64,000 bases of DNA from an uncultured delta proteobacterium. Its GTDB lineage: Bacteria; Desulfobacterota; Desulfuromonadia; Geobacterales; DSM-12255. Positions 1-10,644 of this stretch are shown here, piece after piece. Every line of letters begins with the position of its first letter. Within the stretch, counting starts at the first letter, position 1. The notes below the pieces were generated by a model, which saw only the letters and a list, made by a program, of their open reading frames with translations, was not told where the DNA came from and ran no database searches. Position numbers and translations under genes: made by a program. The DNA is taken from the NCBI GenBank assembly GCA_963787125.1, contig CAWBBV010000020.1, forward strand, positions 1 through 64,000, in the 5' to 3' direction.

Positions 1-14
1 GGTCTAGCCTGAAG

Positions 15-1584
<1,570 letters not shown>

Positions 1585-1670
1585 TTAACCGAAAAATCTA
1601 AACCGCTCAATTGCTTAGCAGTTTGTTTATTAATTGTTCTAAAAACCCACAATCTTCTGCTCTACTATTC

Positions 1671-1686
1671 AGTTTTCAAAGACCAG
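1671..1686 (-). promoter_or_regulatory. boxA-like antitermination element in the rRNA leader
   Basis: Minus strand CTGGTCTTTGAAAACT between the rRNA promoters and the 16S 5' end. Confidence 0.65.
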
Positions 1687-1732
1687 ATTTTCTGCTGCGT
1701 TACCGCTTGCTGCCCGTTGCAGCAGAAGAAGC

Positions 1733-1761
1733 ACTCTACTAAATCCGCTTCCCGCTGTCAA
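1733..1761 (-). promoter_or_regulatory. rRNA operon sigma70 promoter (proximal, P2-like)
   Basis: Minus strand TTGACA-N17-TAGAGT preceded by an A-rich UP-like tract. Confidence 0.8.
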
Positions 1762-1859
1762 CTTCTTTTTTCAACTTTTTTTCTTTTCTTTTTCCCGCTC
1801 AACCTTCTCAAGAACCCGCCCTGCTGCTCTCTAAAAGTCCCTCAAAAAGAGGAATCCCG

Positions 1860-1888
1860 TTTATACCTATATGTGAACCTTCAGTCAA
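1860..1888 (-). promoter_or_regulatory. rRNA operon sigma70 promoter (distal, P1-like)
   Basis: Minus strand TTGACT-N17-TATAAA preceded by an A-rich tract. Confidence 0.75.
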
Positions 1889-1913
1889 TACCTTTTTTAT
1901 GTTTTCTGCATTT

Positions 1914-3176
1914 TTATTTCTTACGGGCCGAATTAACAGTGCTCTTCTGTAAAATGTAGTGGGCAGTATAAATAAAGTCGTCGATGTAATCGTGCTTGGC
2001 GTCACCATTCAGATCGTATTCAGGTTTTGCTGCACCGTTATCCCTGTAAAACACTAGCGACTCTGCTTCTGTGAAATATAGCCCCTTTACCGGGATCACC
2101 TCTGTAATCGGAACTTCAGTGGTTGTGCTTCCGGCCAATACAGTCAGGGCAGCTCTTAGTGATCCTTTTACAGGGACAAGCTCAACAGTCCAAGTCCCAG
2201 GCTTATCTCCCATTTTCAACGAAACAAGCTTTGCTTCGCTCAGTGCGAAATTAGGCGCACCAGCTTCCTGTGCCCCTGTCAAATCAGCTGTCACTGTTAC
2301 TACAGAGATTCCGTCGCTGACTGCGATATCTGGTGCCTGGGTAAATATCATTGATGGCTTTTTGCTGAAAAGCGCTGCAAGGATCTGTGGAGTCCTCTCT
2401 CCCCTATACATCCTGAAACGCTCAAGAACACCCGTAATGACTGTATGCTTCATCTCTTCCACTTTTTGTTTCGGTATAACCGGTGCCAAGTCAATCGGAG
2501 GGGTATAAACAGGTGCTTCCGGACTCTTAACAGGCTCACTGTATACTTTTTCAGATTCTTTCACTGGTTGAGGTGACGGATTTGAATCTGAAGTCATGGT
2601 AAGCGTCCCGACTGAACCTGAAGGAATTGTTGTCCCTTGAGCAGCCGTCTGAACCTTTACTGGTGCGGCAGTGGTCTGGGCAATCTCCTGTTGACCTTTA
2701 CTGAAAGGCACTCCAGGTTCGGCAATAAAACCACCCTCTTTCTGTATGCCCTGGCTTGTGGTTATGGTTGCATCAGATGCTATAGCAACTCCTTTCAAGT
2801 CAATCATTTTTGCAACTACTTTGGTCACTCCATCAATCCCGCTCTGGCTGCTGAAAGATATGGAAAGTATTTCGCCAGCCCCCCTAAATCCACTCGTGCT
2901 GACGATGGCAACCGTAATTTTGCCTGGCACTCCCGTATTTGCGGCCATCATGGCACCCGACACCAGCGCGCCTTGCGCAACTGATGGTATTACGAGCAGT
3001 GAGCTGTCATAAAAAATATCCATTTGTATGCCAGCAACACCGTCCATAGATGCGCCCTGGACAGAGAATTTGCCGTTTCCAGCAGGGTTGATTGTTACTG
3101 CCGGTCGAGCCGCGTGTGCAGATACTGCCAATAGCACAAACAGACAGAAAAGCGGTCCAATAATACGCGATTTCAT
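1914..3176 (-). CDS. Secreted cohesin-domain protein with Pro/Thr-rich linker and C-terminal dockerin/EF-hand-like motif
   Basis: Signal peptide MKSRIIGPLFCLFVLLAVSAHA (start reassigned to ATG 3176). Cohesin-like segment GVAGIQMDIFYDSSLL...GAGEILSISF. C-terminal YDLNGDAKHDYIDD. Confidence 0.65.
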   Translation of the reverse strand: MKSRIIGPLFCLFVLLAVSAHAARPAVTINPAGNGKFSVQGASMDGVAGIQMDIFYDSSLLVIPSVAQGALVSGAMMAANTGVPGKITVAIVSTSGFRGAGEILSISFSSQSGIDGVTKVVAKMIDLKGVAIASDATITTSQGIQKEGGFIAEPGVPFSKGQQEIAQTTAAPVKVQTAAQGTTIPSGSVGTLTMTSDSNPSPQPVKESEKVYSEPVKSPEAPVYTPPIDLAPVIPKQKVEEMKHTVITGVLERFRMYRGERTPQILAALFSKKPSMIFTQAPDIAVSDGISVVTVTADLTGAQEAGAPNFALSEAKLVSLKMGDKPGTWTVELVPVKGSLRAALTVLAGSTTTEVPITEVIPVKGLYFTEAESLVFYRDNGAAKPEYDLNGDAKHDYIDDFIYTAHYILQKSTVNSARKK

Positions 3177-3311
3177 ATAAACACCTTTGCGATTAGTTTT
3201 AGTAAACAGGAATCGTATCGTGACGCTAAACTCAATTGGCCGGCACAAAACACAGAATATCCTTAACAAGCATAATAAAGATTCGAGCCTGCTTGAAAAC
3301 TTGTTTAGTCA

Positions 3312-5123
3312 CTAGCGCCCACCCATCTCTTTCATCTGCTGTGCCCATGACTCCGCATAGTGTCCACCCGCAGCAACAAGTTGCTGATGCGTTCCCGACT
3401 CGATGACAGAACCTTGATGCATCACGTGAATCATGTCGGCATGCATGGCCGTAGTAAACCTGTGAGTAATCATCATAGCTGTGTGCCCCCGGGTAAGATC
3501 ACGGAACCTTCCAAGCCAGTCAGACTCTGCCCAGGAATCCATCGCACTGGTCGGTTCATCAAGCACAATAATAGGTGCATTTCTTATAAACGCCCTTGCC
3601 AGGGCAATTCGCTGCCACTCACCGGCACTAAGTTCAGCGCCGCCAAACCATTTTCCGAGAAAGTTGTCATACCCCTTTGACAGGCGTCCAATCGGCATAT
3701 CAGCCCCAGCGGCAACCGCAGCAGACACTATTCTTGATTTGTCAGGAGATGAGGCGATGTCTCCCATGGCAATATTCTCTCCGGCAGTAGCATTATAGCG
3801 AACCGGCTCCTGAAAAAGCACAGTAATTTTCCGTCTCAGTTCAACCGGGTCAAAACCTCTGATATCCATCCCGTCAAGTGTCACAGAGCCGGCGTCAACG
3901 TCATAAAAGCGGCAGAGAAGCTTGATCAATGTGCTCTTCCCGGCACCATTATGGCCGACAATAGCTGTGACCGAACCTGCCGGCAGGTTAAGTGAAAAGT
4001 CTGCAAGCACCGTCCGCTCTGTATCCGGATAACTGAACGAAACAGAATTAAAGCGGATCCCTTCTGCGATTAAATCTGGCAGCGGCACAGGGACAAAATC
4101 GCCTGCAACTCGAGAGTCAAGAGACAAGAACGCAAACAGGTTTTCCAGAAAAAGCGTGCTCCGGTAAATCCTGCCGGCACTCTCCAAAAGAGAACGCATC
4201 AATTTTTGCCCCTGCTGGAAGGCCTGATAGCAGAGAACCAGATCACCAAGCTTTGCCGCACCGTTGACTACGCGCCTTAAAATCCAGACCATACCGCAAA
4301 GGCCGCCAAGCCAGGCGATGGCTCCGGCAGCAAGTTCAGACTTCATTTCTCCCGCGGCAAGAGAGAACCTCCCTTGCCGTAAAAGCGCACGAATGTTCTT
4401 GAATGCCTCCTGATGGAATCTCCCTAGATCGAATAACCGCATCTCGGCAACGCTGGCGCGGTCAGTCAGCATCCAGTCATAATGCCTTGCCCGCCGTTCA
4501 TTGGCCGTGTTCTCAACCCGCCACTGATGCTCCTTTAGGACATACCTGCCAACAGACCAAAGACCAGGCAGAGCTGAGGCAACCAGCACAAAGGGGAGGA
4601 ACAGAGAGTAGGAAGCAAGCATTACCGCCAACACAACCAGCGTGATACTGTTCTGGGTAACCGTTCCAAGGCTTTCAAGCAGGGCAACCGGCTGACTGAT
4701 GGCATCAACTCTTGCCCGGTGAAGAAGGTCGTAAGAGTCTGCATCTTCAAAGAACGCCACATCAAGTGACAGAGCCTTGTCATGTATCAATCCGTGAATA
4801 CTGTCCTGGACAAGTTCCGACTGGACAGTTCGTACCCAGCGGGCAAGTGAAGAGACAATCTGCGTCACGATAAAAGTCACTGCCAATAAGAGGACGAGAC
4901 CAAAAATGGAAGATGGAAAAACAGTTATTGGGGCTGATGTTACAGAAAGGAGATCAACGAGAAGCTTTGTGAGATACACCTGAAGAGCCGGAATCAACCC
5001 TTGAAATATGATAAGCAGTGCCCAGAGAGCAGTCCATCCTCGTGCCGCCCTCCAGACAAGCGAGAGCCCTTGCCCGATCAGTGGCAGACATCTCATCAGT
5101 TCCTGCAAGGCTTTTGAAATCAT
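3312..5123 (-). CDS. ABC exporter, fused permease/ATPase (lasso cluster D protein)
   Basis: N-terminal TM helices, Walker A GHNGAGKST, signature LSAGEWQR, Walker B IVLDEPT; last gene of the RiPP operon. Confidence 0.92.
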   Translation of the reverse strand: MISKALQELMRCLPLIGQGLSLVWRAARGWTALWALLIIFQGLIPALQVYLTKLLVDLLSVTSAPITVFPSSIFGLVLLLAVTFIVTQIVSSLARWVRTVQSELVQDSIHGLIHDKALSLDVAFFEDADSYDLLHRARVDAISQPVALLESLGTVTQNSITLVVLAVMLASYSLFLPFVLVASALPGLWSVGRYVLKEHQWRVENTANERRARHYDWMLTDRASVAEMRLFDLGRFHQEAFKNIRALLRQGRFSLAAGEMKSELAAGAIAWLGGLCGMVWILRRVVNGAAKLGDLVLCYQAFQQGQKLMRSLLESAGRIYRSTLFLENLFAFLSLDSRVAGDFVPVPLPDLIAEGIRFNSVSFSYPDTERTVLADFSLNLPAGSVTAIVGHNGAGKSTLIKLLCRFYDVDAGSVTLDGMDIRGFDPVELRRKITVLFQEPVRYNATAGENIAMGDIASSPDKSRIVSAAVAAGADMPIGRLSKGYDNFLGKWFGGAELSAGEWQRIALARAFIRNAPIIVLDEPTSAMDSWAESDWLGRFRDLTRGHTAMMITHRFTTAMHADMIHVMHQGSVIESGTHQQLVAAGGHYAESWAQQMKEMGGR

Positions 5124-5136
5124 GGCTTATCCGGAT

Positions 5137-5595
5137 TCATTTACTGATCACGCTTAAACACCTGTAACTTGAGATAACAGCATAACGCTCATGCCCGCTG
5201 GCACCGGTAACAATGAAATCGCCGCAGCGTAGCCAGGCATGGGCAGCCATCCCGTCATTATCCTTTGCCACCCCAAGATAAAGAGTTGCCCTCATAGAGC
5301 GCCGTTTAAGCATTATCATACCTGCCAACCCCTGCCCCAGACATACACTTCCCCACGGAGTACGGGAAGCTGCGGCTGCTATCGCCCAGGATACCATGGA
5401 TAAAAAAAGAGGGAGAGTCTCTGAAGTGGCCGATGCTTCCCCCTCTTTCAGTTTCAATAATCTGACTATTGTTTTGAAGGGTAAAACAATTATCAGAAGC
5501 CGACAGACCCCCAAAAACAAAAAGGCCTCAAGGAATAGAAACCTTTCCGGCCATGCAAGGCCTATAAACTTGCTTATATCGCTAGTCAGCGACAC
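5137..5595 (-). CDS. Lasso peptide leader peptidase B2 (transglutaminase-like)
   Basis: Catalytic Cys (VCLGQGLA), LYLGV and AHAWL motifs; overlaps the PqqD-like gene. Confidence 0.93.
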   Translation of the reverse strand: MSLTSDISKFIGLAWPERFLFLEAFLFLGVCRLLIIVLPFKTIVRLLKLKEGEASATSETLPLFLSMVSWAIAAAASRTPWGSVCLGQGLAGMIMLKRRSMRATLYLGVAKDNDGMAAHAWLRCGDFIVTGASGHERYAVISSYRCLSVISK

Positions 5596-5863
5596 ACACC
5601 AGGCCTTCCTTCAGGAGTTCGTTCAAAAAAGAGAGAACATCAGCTGATATCTGTTCCTCACTCCCGGCAAACTCGGAAACAAGCTGCGAACATAGATCAG
5701 AAACAAGCACAGGACTCTCAATCAGATCCCAGATCCTTCTGCCAACAGCGTCAAGTGAAACATAATTATTCTTCAGCATATTAAGAATCACGATATCGTC
5801 ATCAACCGGAGTTGACATTATCCCTGCTATTCGAGTGACTTTACTTCTCAGATCAATACTCAC
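5582..5863 (-). CDS. PqqD-family RiPP recognition element (lasso B1)
   Basis: 93 aa; VDDDIVIL...NYVSLDAVGRRIWDLI...DVLSFLNELLKEGLV pattern; GTG start with GAGGAG RBS. Confidence 0.93.
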   Translation of the reverse strand: MSIDLRSKVTRIAGIMSTPVDDDIVILNMLKNNYVSLDAVGRRIWDLIESPVLVSDLCSQLVSEFAGSEEQISADVLSFLNELLKEGLVCVAD

Positions 5864-5878
5864 AACGCTCTCCTCTTT

Positions 5879-6736
5879 TTACAAAGGTTGATAATTCTCA
5901 TCAAGATACCCGAATCGGCGCATTGTTTCGCCGTTGACATTGATAATGCGCTTTACTAAATCAGTAGATAACTCCTCCTGCCAGCCGCCAACAATCCCTT
6001 TACGGAAAAAGACTTTAGACACTGTTGGTCGCTCACTAAACCCTTTTACCATCTCCTGAAGCTGCAACCCCTTAAAGGAAGAGAATTTTACAGCCCTACC
6101 AACACGAGTTTCATCAAAATCTAGGCCCAGGTAGCGAACCACATTCCCGAAAAACCTGGCTGGATCATGCTGCAAATCTTCGTATCTTACAACGTGAACG
6201 GAAAGTTGAGAGCACTCAAGCCAGCTTGCAACATGATTACTCCATGTCCCCATTTTCTGTGCGAGTTGATCTGCAAGCGCCTCTTGAGAGCTTGATCTAA
6301 CGAACTCTGGATCGCAGAGACATTTTACCGCATTTTGAATATCTAGTCCCCATTGATTGGCACATGATGCCGCCATGTCGAGAGGATTGCGAACTATATA
6401 AACCACTCCGGCGGTCACATCGGCAGGGAACAACCCCTCACCTTTAACGGTTAAAGACCAGGAGTCATGAACCTTCATGTAGATGGTATTGCTTTCCTCA
6501 CGAGCCATACAACGATAAGCTTCAGGCCTGAGAGATTCGACAAGAGTCTCATTAAGTGAGGACGCCTCTATGCCTACCCACTCGTCAAACCAGGCACGGG
6601 AACTTGCAATAGAGCCCCCTTTCAGATCATTAATATCAGCAGGAGCTTCACCATTAAGCAGGTAATTTGACAGAAAGACTCTCATCCAAGTATTGCCCGA
6701 TTTCGGATAGGATGCAAGCCAGACGATTTTAGCCAT
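5879..6736 (-). CDS. PAPS-dependent sulfotransferase (Sulfotransfer_1-like)
   Basis: 5'-PSB motif ASYPKSGNTW, KVHD, 3'-PB YIVRNPLD, VRYEDL, C-terminal FFRKGIVGGW. Confidence 0.92.
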   Translation of the reverse strand: MAKIVWLASYPKSGNTWMRVFLSNYLLNGEAPADINDLKGGSIASSRAWFDEWVGIEASSLNETLVESLRPEAYRCMAREESNTIYMKVHDSWSLTVKGEGLFPADVTAGVVYIVRNPLDMAASCANQWGLDIQNAVKCLCDPEFVRSSSQEALADQLAQKMGTWSNHVASWLECSQLSVHVVRYEDLQHDPARFFGNVVRYLGLDFDETRVGRAVKFSSFKGLQLQEMVKGFSERPTVSKVFFRKGIVGGWQEELSTDLVKRIINVNGETMRRFGYLDENYQPL

Positions 6737-7613
6737 TGAGAATCACTCCGGCAACCTCATCAAGGCTCCAGCAAGAAACTGGACGAGAAAGCCTATAAAA
6801 TTTCACCTGATCAAGCACAGCAGAAAACAGTGTGAACTGTCCTGAGGCTACGTCCGGCAATTGAGGCCCATAAAAACAGTCAATCAGAGCGACACTTTTT
6901 TCCATTCCCGCAAGAGGGGCAACATTAAGCTCATGATTGTCTCCTATATCCATCCAGTAAATTCGATGCAGCGTTACAGGTTCTTTGGCCATAGCGGCAA
7001 CCGGAGCAAACAGCTTGTTATCCTTGAAAGGATTTCTTACCAGAACGCCTAAATCGTACCCCATGCTAATTGCCGCATCTTCACATAAATTAAGTTTATT
7101 GACTCCAGGAAGAGCAACTACTCTTCCTGACTGGTCAAACCTCAGAACTACAATATCGTCAGACAACATCTTCGCGCCGAGTTCAATCAATTTAGCAACA
7201 GAACTTGTTTTGCCTGCACCCGACTCACCAGTTACAACAACTGCACCATGCTCGGTTACGACTGCATTGGCATGAATCACCAGTAAACCTCTCTGCTGGA
7301 GCAAAGCAGCGATTATCCAGGTTGTAAAGTAAGTGGCAAGCACCTCATCTTCAGCACCACGATTACGCTCCAAAGTAATCTGATTGCCATTCTCCACTAA
7401 AAACCTGCCTGCACGCCGTCCTCCCCGAAGGAGAAAGCGCATCGGCTCCATCTCCCAATTGTCTTCTGCTGCAATCGGGTTCTTAAGATGCTTTGGCACA
7501 ACTCCATAGTTAACAACAATGTCTGGCATTGCTACATCGGGAGCAGACTCTAGGAATGGGCACAAAAATGGTATTGATATATTAATTTCATAAAGCCGAT
7601 AAAAGTAGCTCAA
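6729..7613 (-). CDS. HPr kinase-like (lasso-associated) kinase 2
   Basis: IHANAV, Walker A GESGAGKTS, LSDD signature; TTG start overlaps the upstream stop. Confidence 0.87.
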   Translation of the reverse strand: MSYFYRLYEINISIPFLCPFLESAPDVAMPDIVVNYGVVPKHLKNPIAAEDNWEMEPMRFLLRGGRRAGRFLVENGNQITLERNRGAEDEVLATYFTTWIIAALLQQRGLLVIHANAVVTEHGAVVVTGESGAGKTSSVAKLIELGAKMLSDDIVVLRFDQSGRVVALPGVNKLNLCEDAAISMGYDLGVLVRNPFKDNKLFAPVAAMAKEPVTLHRIYWMDIGDNHELNVAPLAGMEKSVALIDCFYGPQLPDVASGQFTLFSAVLDQVKFYRLSRPVSCWSLDEVAGVILNG

Positions 7614-8440
7614 ATTTGTTCCTTTTCAATTATGTCAGAAAGACAATTAACACTCCATACGCCTCTTGTACGGAGCAGCGTCTTAATTTGAGTAGATTTT
7701 ATAATTACAGCAGAGGAACGCATAAAAGAACTTCTCTCAAAGAGGCTGGCGGCGACATGAGTATTATAGGAAAGGTTTCCCATTAAACTGAACTTCTGAT
7801 TCCCGGATATATTTTCAACCTCGCTAACACCAGAGCTTTTAAGCTTAATACAATAAATTGCCCGGAGCGGAACTGATTCCAAAATAAAGTGATCTGACCA
7901 GTCAACCAGGAATCGATTTGGATCGGCATAGACAAGGTTAGTTCCTTCAATTTGAAAGGCTGATAATGCATCCGGCCAAAGTAAGTTACCCGGATAGGTT
8001 GGTAATACGACTGGATGTCCTTCTGCATTGAGCTCAACAGCGGACAAATCGTCAGCCAGCATTTTCCAGCCACGCTGTAATAATGCAGCAAGAAGAGTCG
8101 ACTTCCCTACGCCAGAAGCTCCCGCCAGAAGAATGGCTCCATTATCTTTTACTACGGCAGCTGCATGGAATGCTGCCACCCCCCGTTGATAGAGCAGCGC
8201 CGCCAAGGGCAGCATCCTGAAGTAATGATTAATCTTTGACCAGTCAGTTCCATTAGTTGGATCAACGCTAACACAATTCCCCAACTCGACCTTCAATCGA
8301 GTGATATCTGGCACATTAAGCTGAAATTTACCTGGTGCGGCCTGCCAGAGGACTCCTCGGGACGTGCGGTGCGGTAATTTCTCCGGGAAAGTTTCAGTTT
8401 TAATATTAACATTTTTTAGAAACGAAGGAAGTTCGATCAT
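7610..8440 (-). CDS. HPr kinase-like (lasso-associated) kinase 1
   Basis: FHAAAV, Walker A GASGVGKST, LADD signature; likely ATG at 8440 just after the cyclase stop (ORF track starts at TTG 8476). Confidence 0.87.
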   Translation of the reverse strand: MIELPSFLKNVNIKTETFPEKLPHRTSRGVLWQAAPGKFQLNVPDITRLKVELGNCVSVDPTNGTDWSKINHYFRMLPLAALLYQRGVAAFHAAAVVKDNGAILLAGASGVGKSTLLAALLQRGWKMLADDLSAVELNAEGHPVVLPTYPGNLLWPDALSAFQIEGTNLVYADPNRFLVDWSDHFILESVPLRAIYCIKLKSSGVSEVENISGNQKFSLMGNLSYNTHVAASLFERSSFMRSSAVIIKSTQIKTLLRTRGVWSVNCLSDIIEKEQI

Positions 8441-8441
8441 A

Positions 8442-10334
8442 TTATTCGGCGTGACTACCGTAAAAGTTATTGACAAACAGGCCTGCCATTATCCCTCGGG
8501 TCAAAACAGTTATCGCCTTATGAAATGCGTCCGGCGTATCTTGCGTTAAAACCATCTTCCAAACCTCATACATATACGGGACATCAAGATATAAAGATGC
8601 AGGGCCATTTATAAGTTCAGACAGCACATCGTCAACTTCACTGGCACAGGCCCTCAGTCGAGGCACAAGATCACCGGCTTGCCTGCCTCTGTTACGATTT
8701 AAGCGCACTTCATCAGGAATACGCCCCTTCATGGCGTCGCGGATTAACCACCGATCTATGCCGGTTTCCTGATCAATAAAAATGTGGTCAGGAACTGAGA
8801 AGACAAATTTCATCACTCTGACATCAACAGTAGGATCATATATCCCGATATCGAATGCCCTGCTCATCTCTGCATAAAGAGACCCCGAATTATGCCTTCC
8901 AGGCATCAGGAATCCTGCACATCTCTGCACAAAAGGAGTCCTTGTCAGATAATTATCAGAGTCATTAAGCTGTTGCTCAAAAACAGACAGCCGTTCTGCA
9001 AAAGCGTGATTTATCGCAGACACATTAGCTTCTTGGTACATCTTTAAATTGTAACGCATCCGGGGTTTGACAATATTTCCTGGAAGAACTCTACGTAAAC
9101 GCCCTCTCATCATCGTAAATGCGCCGAGTTGTCTTAACTGCACTGAGAAAGGTTGCGAAAAGATATCGCCTTTCCATGAAATGGTTGCATTTCCAAACTG
9201 CCCGACCAGCAGTCTCTTACTACCAGCGCTTCGAGCTTCCTGCATGATTTTATGTAGCCAGTACATATTGCAGGCAGAATGGCCAGGCTCGTTGTGAATT
9301 TCAAGGGATTTGCGTATGGCCTGAATTGGTGAATAATCTTCAGCCGAAACTTTGAATAGATCAATATTGCCGGAGAAGTTAGCAGTCGCTTCAGCCAGCG
9401 GAAGTTCATTGCCAAAACGTGCCTGAACGTACCGAGTAGTCTCATATACCGGCGTAGATGTGTACGCGTTGATTCGACAACCATCGAGATACTTTATTCT
9501 GCCAGCAGTAGCAGTTACAGAGCTGGAATCAAGACCGCCGCTCAATGTAGTACTAACAATTTCACGCCCATAAGAAGTCTTTACTCGTGACCTGACTGCC
9601 TCATCAAATACATCCAGAAATGCCTCGCGGTAGGCGTCATGATCAGACAATATAAGTTCAGGAGTTTTTTCCAGGAACCAGTACTGCTGCACTTCAAAAC
9701 GCTTAGAGGTTACGTTCAGTCTATGAGCCGGGGGGAGACGACGAATCGGTGAATGGATAGTTCGATCACCATGATATGCAGGCCAGGAAATCAAGACTTG
9801 CGCCAGATACAACTCATCCAACTCAATTGGAGATAGCCCTAGTGCCAGGAGGAAAGAACGCTCTGAAGAAAAGGCAAAGACATTCTTATCAACATAATAA
9901 TAGAGAGATGTCATCCCGAAGTGATCACGAGCTACAACCAAGCGACGCTCTTTCTCATGCCAGGCAGCAAAAGACCAGTCACCGTAGAGGTGATCAGCAC
10001 AATGTTCACCCCACTGACCGTAGGCTTTGCACACGAGCCCCCTGTCATCAAGCTGCATCAACTCATGAGCCGTTATTTTCAAATCTGCTGCTATTTCAAT
10101 GCGATTGTCAAGGCGAGCGGTACAGACAATTTTTGCATGATCAGGTATCGACAAAACGCCCGGTGACAGGCTTTCTTCAAGGAATGATAACCTGGTTGAT
10201 CCGAGCCAGACGCAATTACTTGCCCAGGTATCGGCCTGATCAACACCAAAAACAGAATGTGTCTTCTGGATATTGTGAATAATTGGTGGTGGGAACGTGC
10301 AGCCATTACGATGGAATATGCCAAATATACTCAT
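8442..10334 (-). CDS. Lasso cyclase (asparagine synthetase-like, C protein)
   Basis: RLDNR, ARDHFG and LSGGLDSS motifs; the N-terminus MSIFGIF lacks the glutaminase Cys2; clustered with B1/B2 and a precursor. Confidence 0.9.
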   Translation of the reverse strand: MSIFGIFHRNGCTFPPPIIHNIQKTHSVFGVDQADTWASNCVWLGSTRLSFLEESLSPGVLSIPDHAKIVCTARLDNRIEIAADLKITAHELMQLDDRGLVCKAYGQWGEHCADHLYGDWSFAAWHEKERRLVVARDHFGMTSLYYYVDKNVFAFSSERSFLLALGLSPIELDELYLAQVLISWPAYHGDRTIHSPIRRLPPAHRLNVTSKRFEVQQYWFLEKTPELILSDHDAYREAFLDVFDEAVRSRVKTSYGREIVSTTLSGGLDSSSVTATAGRIKYLDGCRINAYTSTPVYETTRYVQARFGNELPLAEATANFSGNIDLFKVSAEDYSPIQAIRKSLEIHNEPGHSACNMYWLHKIMQEARSAGSKRLLVGQFGNATISWKGDIFSQPFSVQLRQLGAFTMMRGRLRRVLPGNIVKPRMRYNLKMYQEANVSAINHAFAERLSVFEQQLNDSDNYLTRTPFVQRCAGFLMPGRHNSGSLYAEMSRAFDIGIYDPTVDVRVMKFVFSVPDHIFIDQETGIDRWLIRDAMKGRIPDEVRLNRNRGRQAGDLVPRLRACASEVDDVLSELINGPASLYLDVPYMYEVWKMVLTQDTPDAFHKAITVLTRGIMAGLFVNNFYGSHAE

Positions 10335-10365
10335 GAAATATTACAACCCCTGAAAGGCAAATAAA

Positions 10366-10399
10366 AAGGATTTCACCCTGCAAGCAAGATAAAACCCTT
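10366..10399 (-). terminator. G:U-rich stem-loop with U-tract between the lasso precursor and cyclase
   Basis: Minus strand AGGGTTTTATCTTG-CTTG-CAGGGTGAAATCCT followed by TTTTATTT. Confidence 0.5.
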
Positions 10400-10472
10400 A
10401 ATATATTCGACTCATTTTGTGCAATCACTAATTAGATCATACTTTTAAATCATCCCCTTAAGGACAAATAAA

Positions 10473-10613
10473 TCAGTTTGAGCCATTAGTGCCATCACCA
10501 ACAGGACCAGGAGAAGCCATGGTCATCTTAATATTAATTTTTGTGAGAGTAGGTGCGCTCCAGTCGGCTTTTTCACTTGATACTACCGTTTGAACCTCAG
10601 TATTTTGATGCAT
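10473..10613 (-). CDS. Lasso peptide precursor (46 aa; predicted core ASPGPVGDGTNGSN, A1-D8 ring)
   Basis: MHQNTEVQTVVSSEKADWSAPTLTKINIKMTM|ASPGPVGDGTNGSN: WxxPxL leader motif, Thr at -2, Asp at core position 8; GGAGG RBS at 10624-10628. Confidence 0.88.
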   Translation of the reverse strand: MHQNTEVQTVVSSEKADWSAPTLTKINIKMTMASPGPVGDGTNGSN

Positions 10614-10644
10614 ATGAACATAACCTCCAAAATTTATTTTCGCC

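Noticed and set aside
8442..10334. Annotation as a housekeeping asparagine synthetase (asnB)
   Set aside because: It lacks the N-terminal catalytic Cys and sits with a precursor, RRE and B2 peptidase; lasso cyclase fits better.
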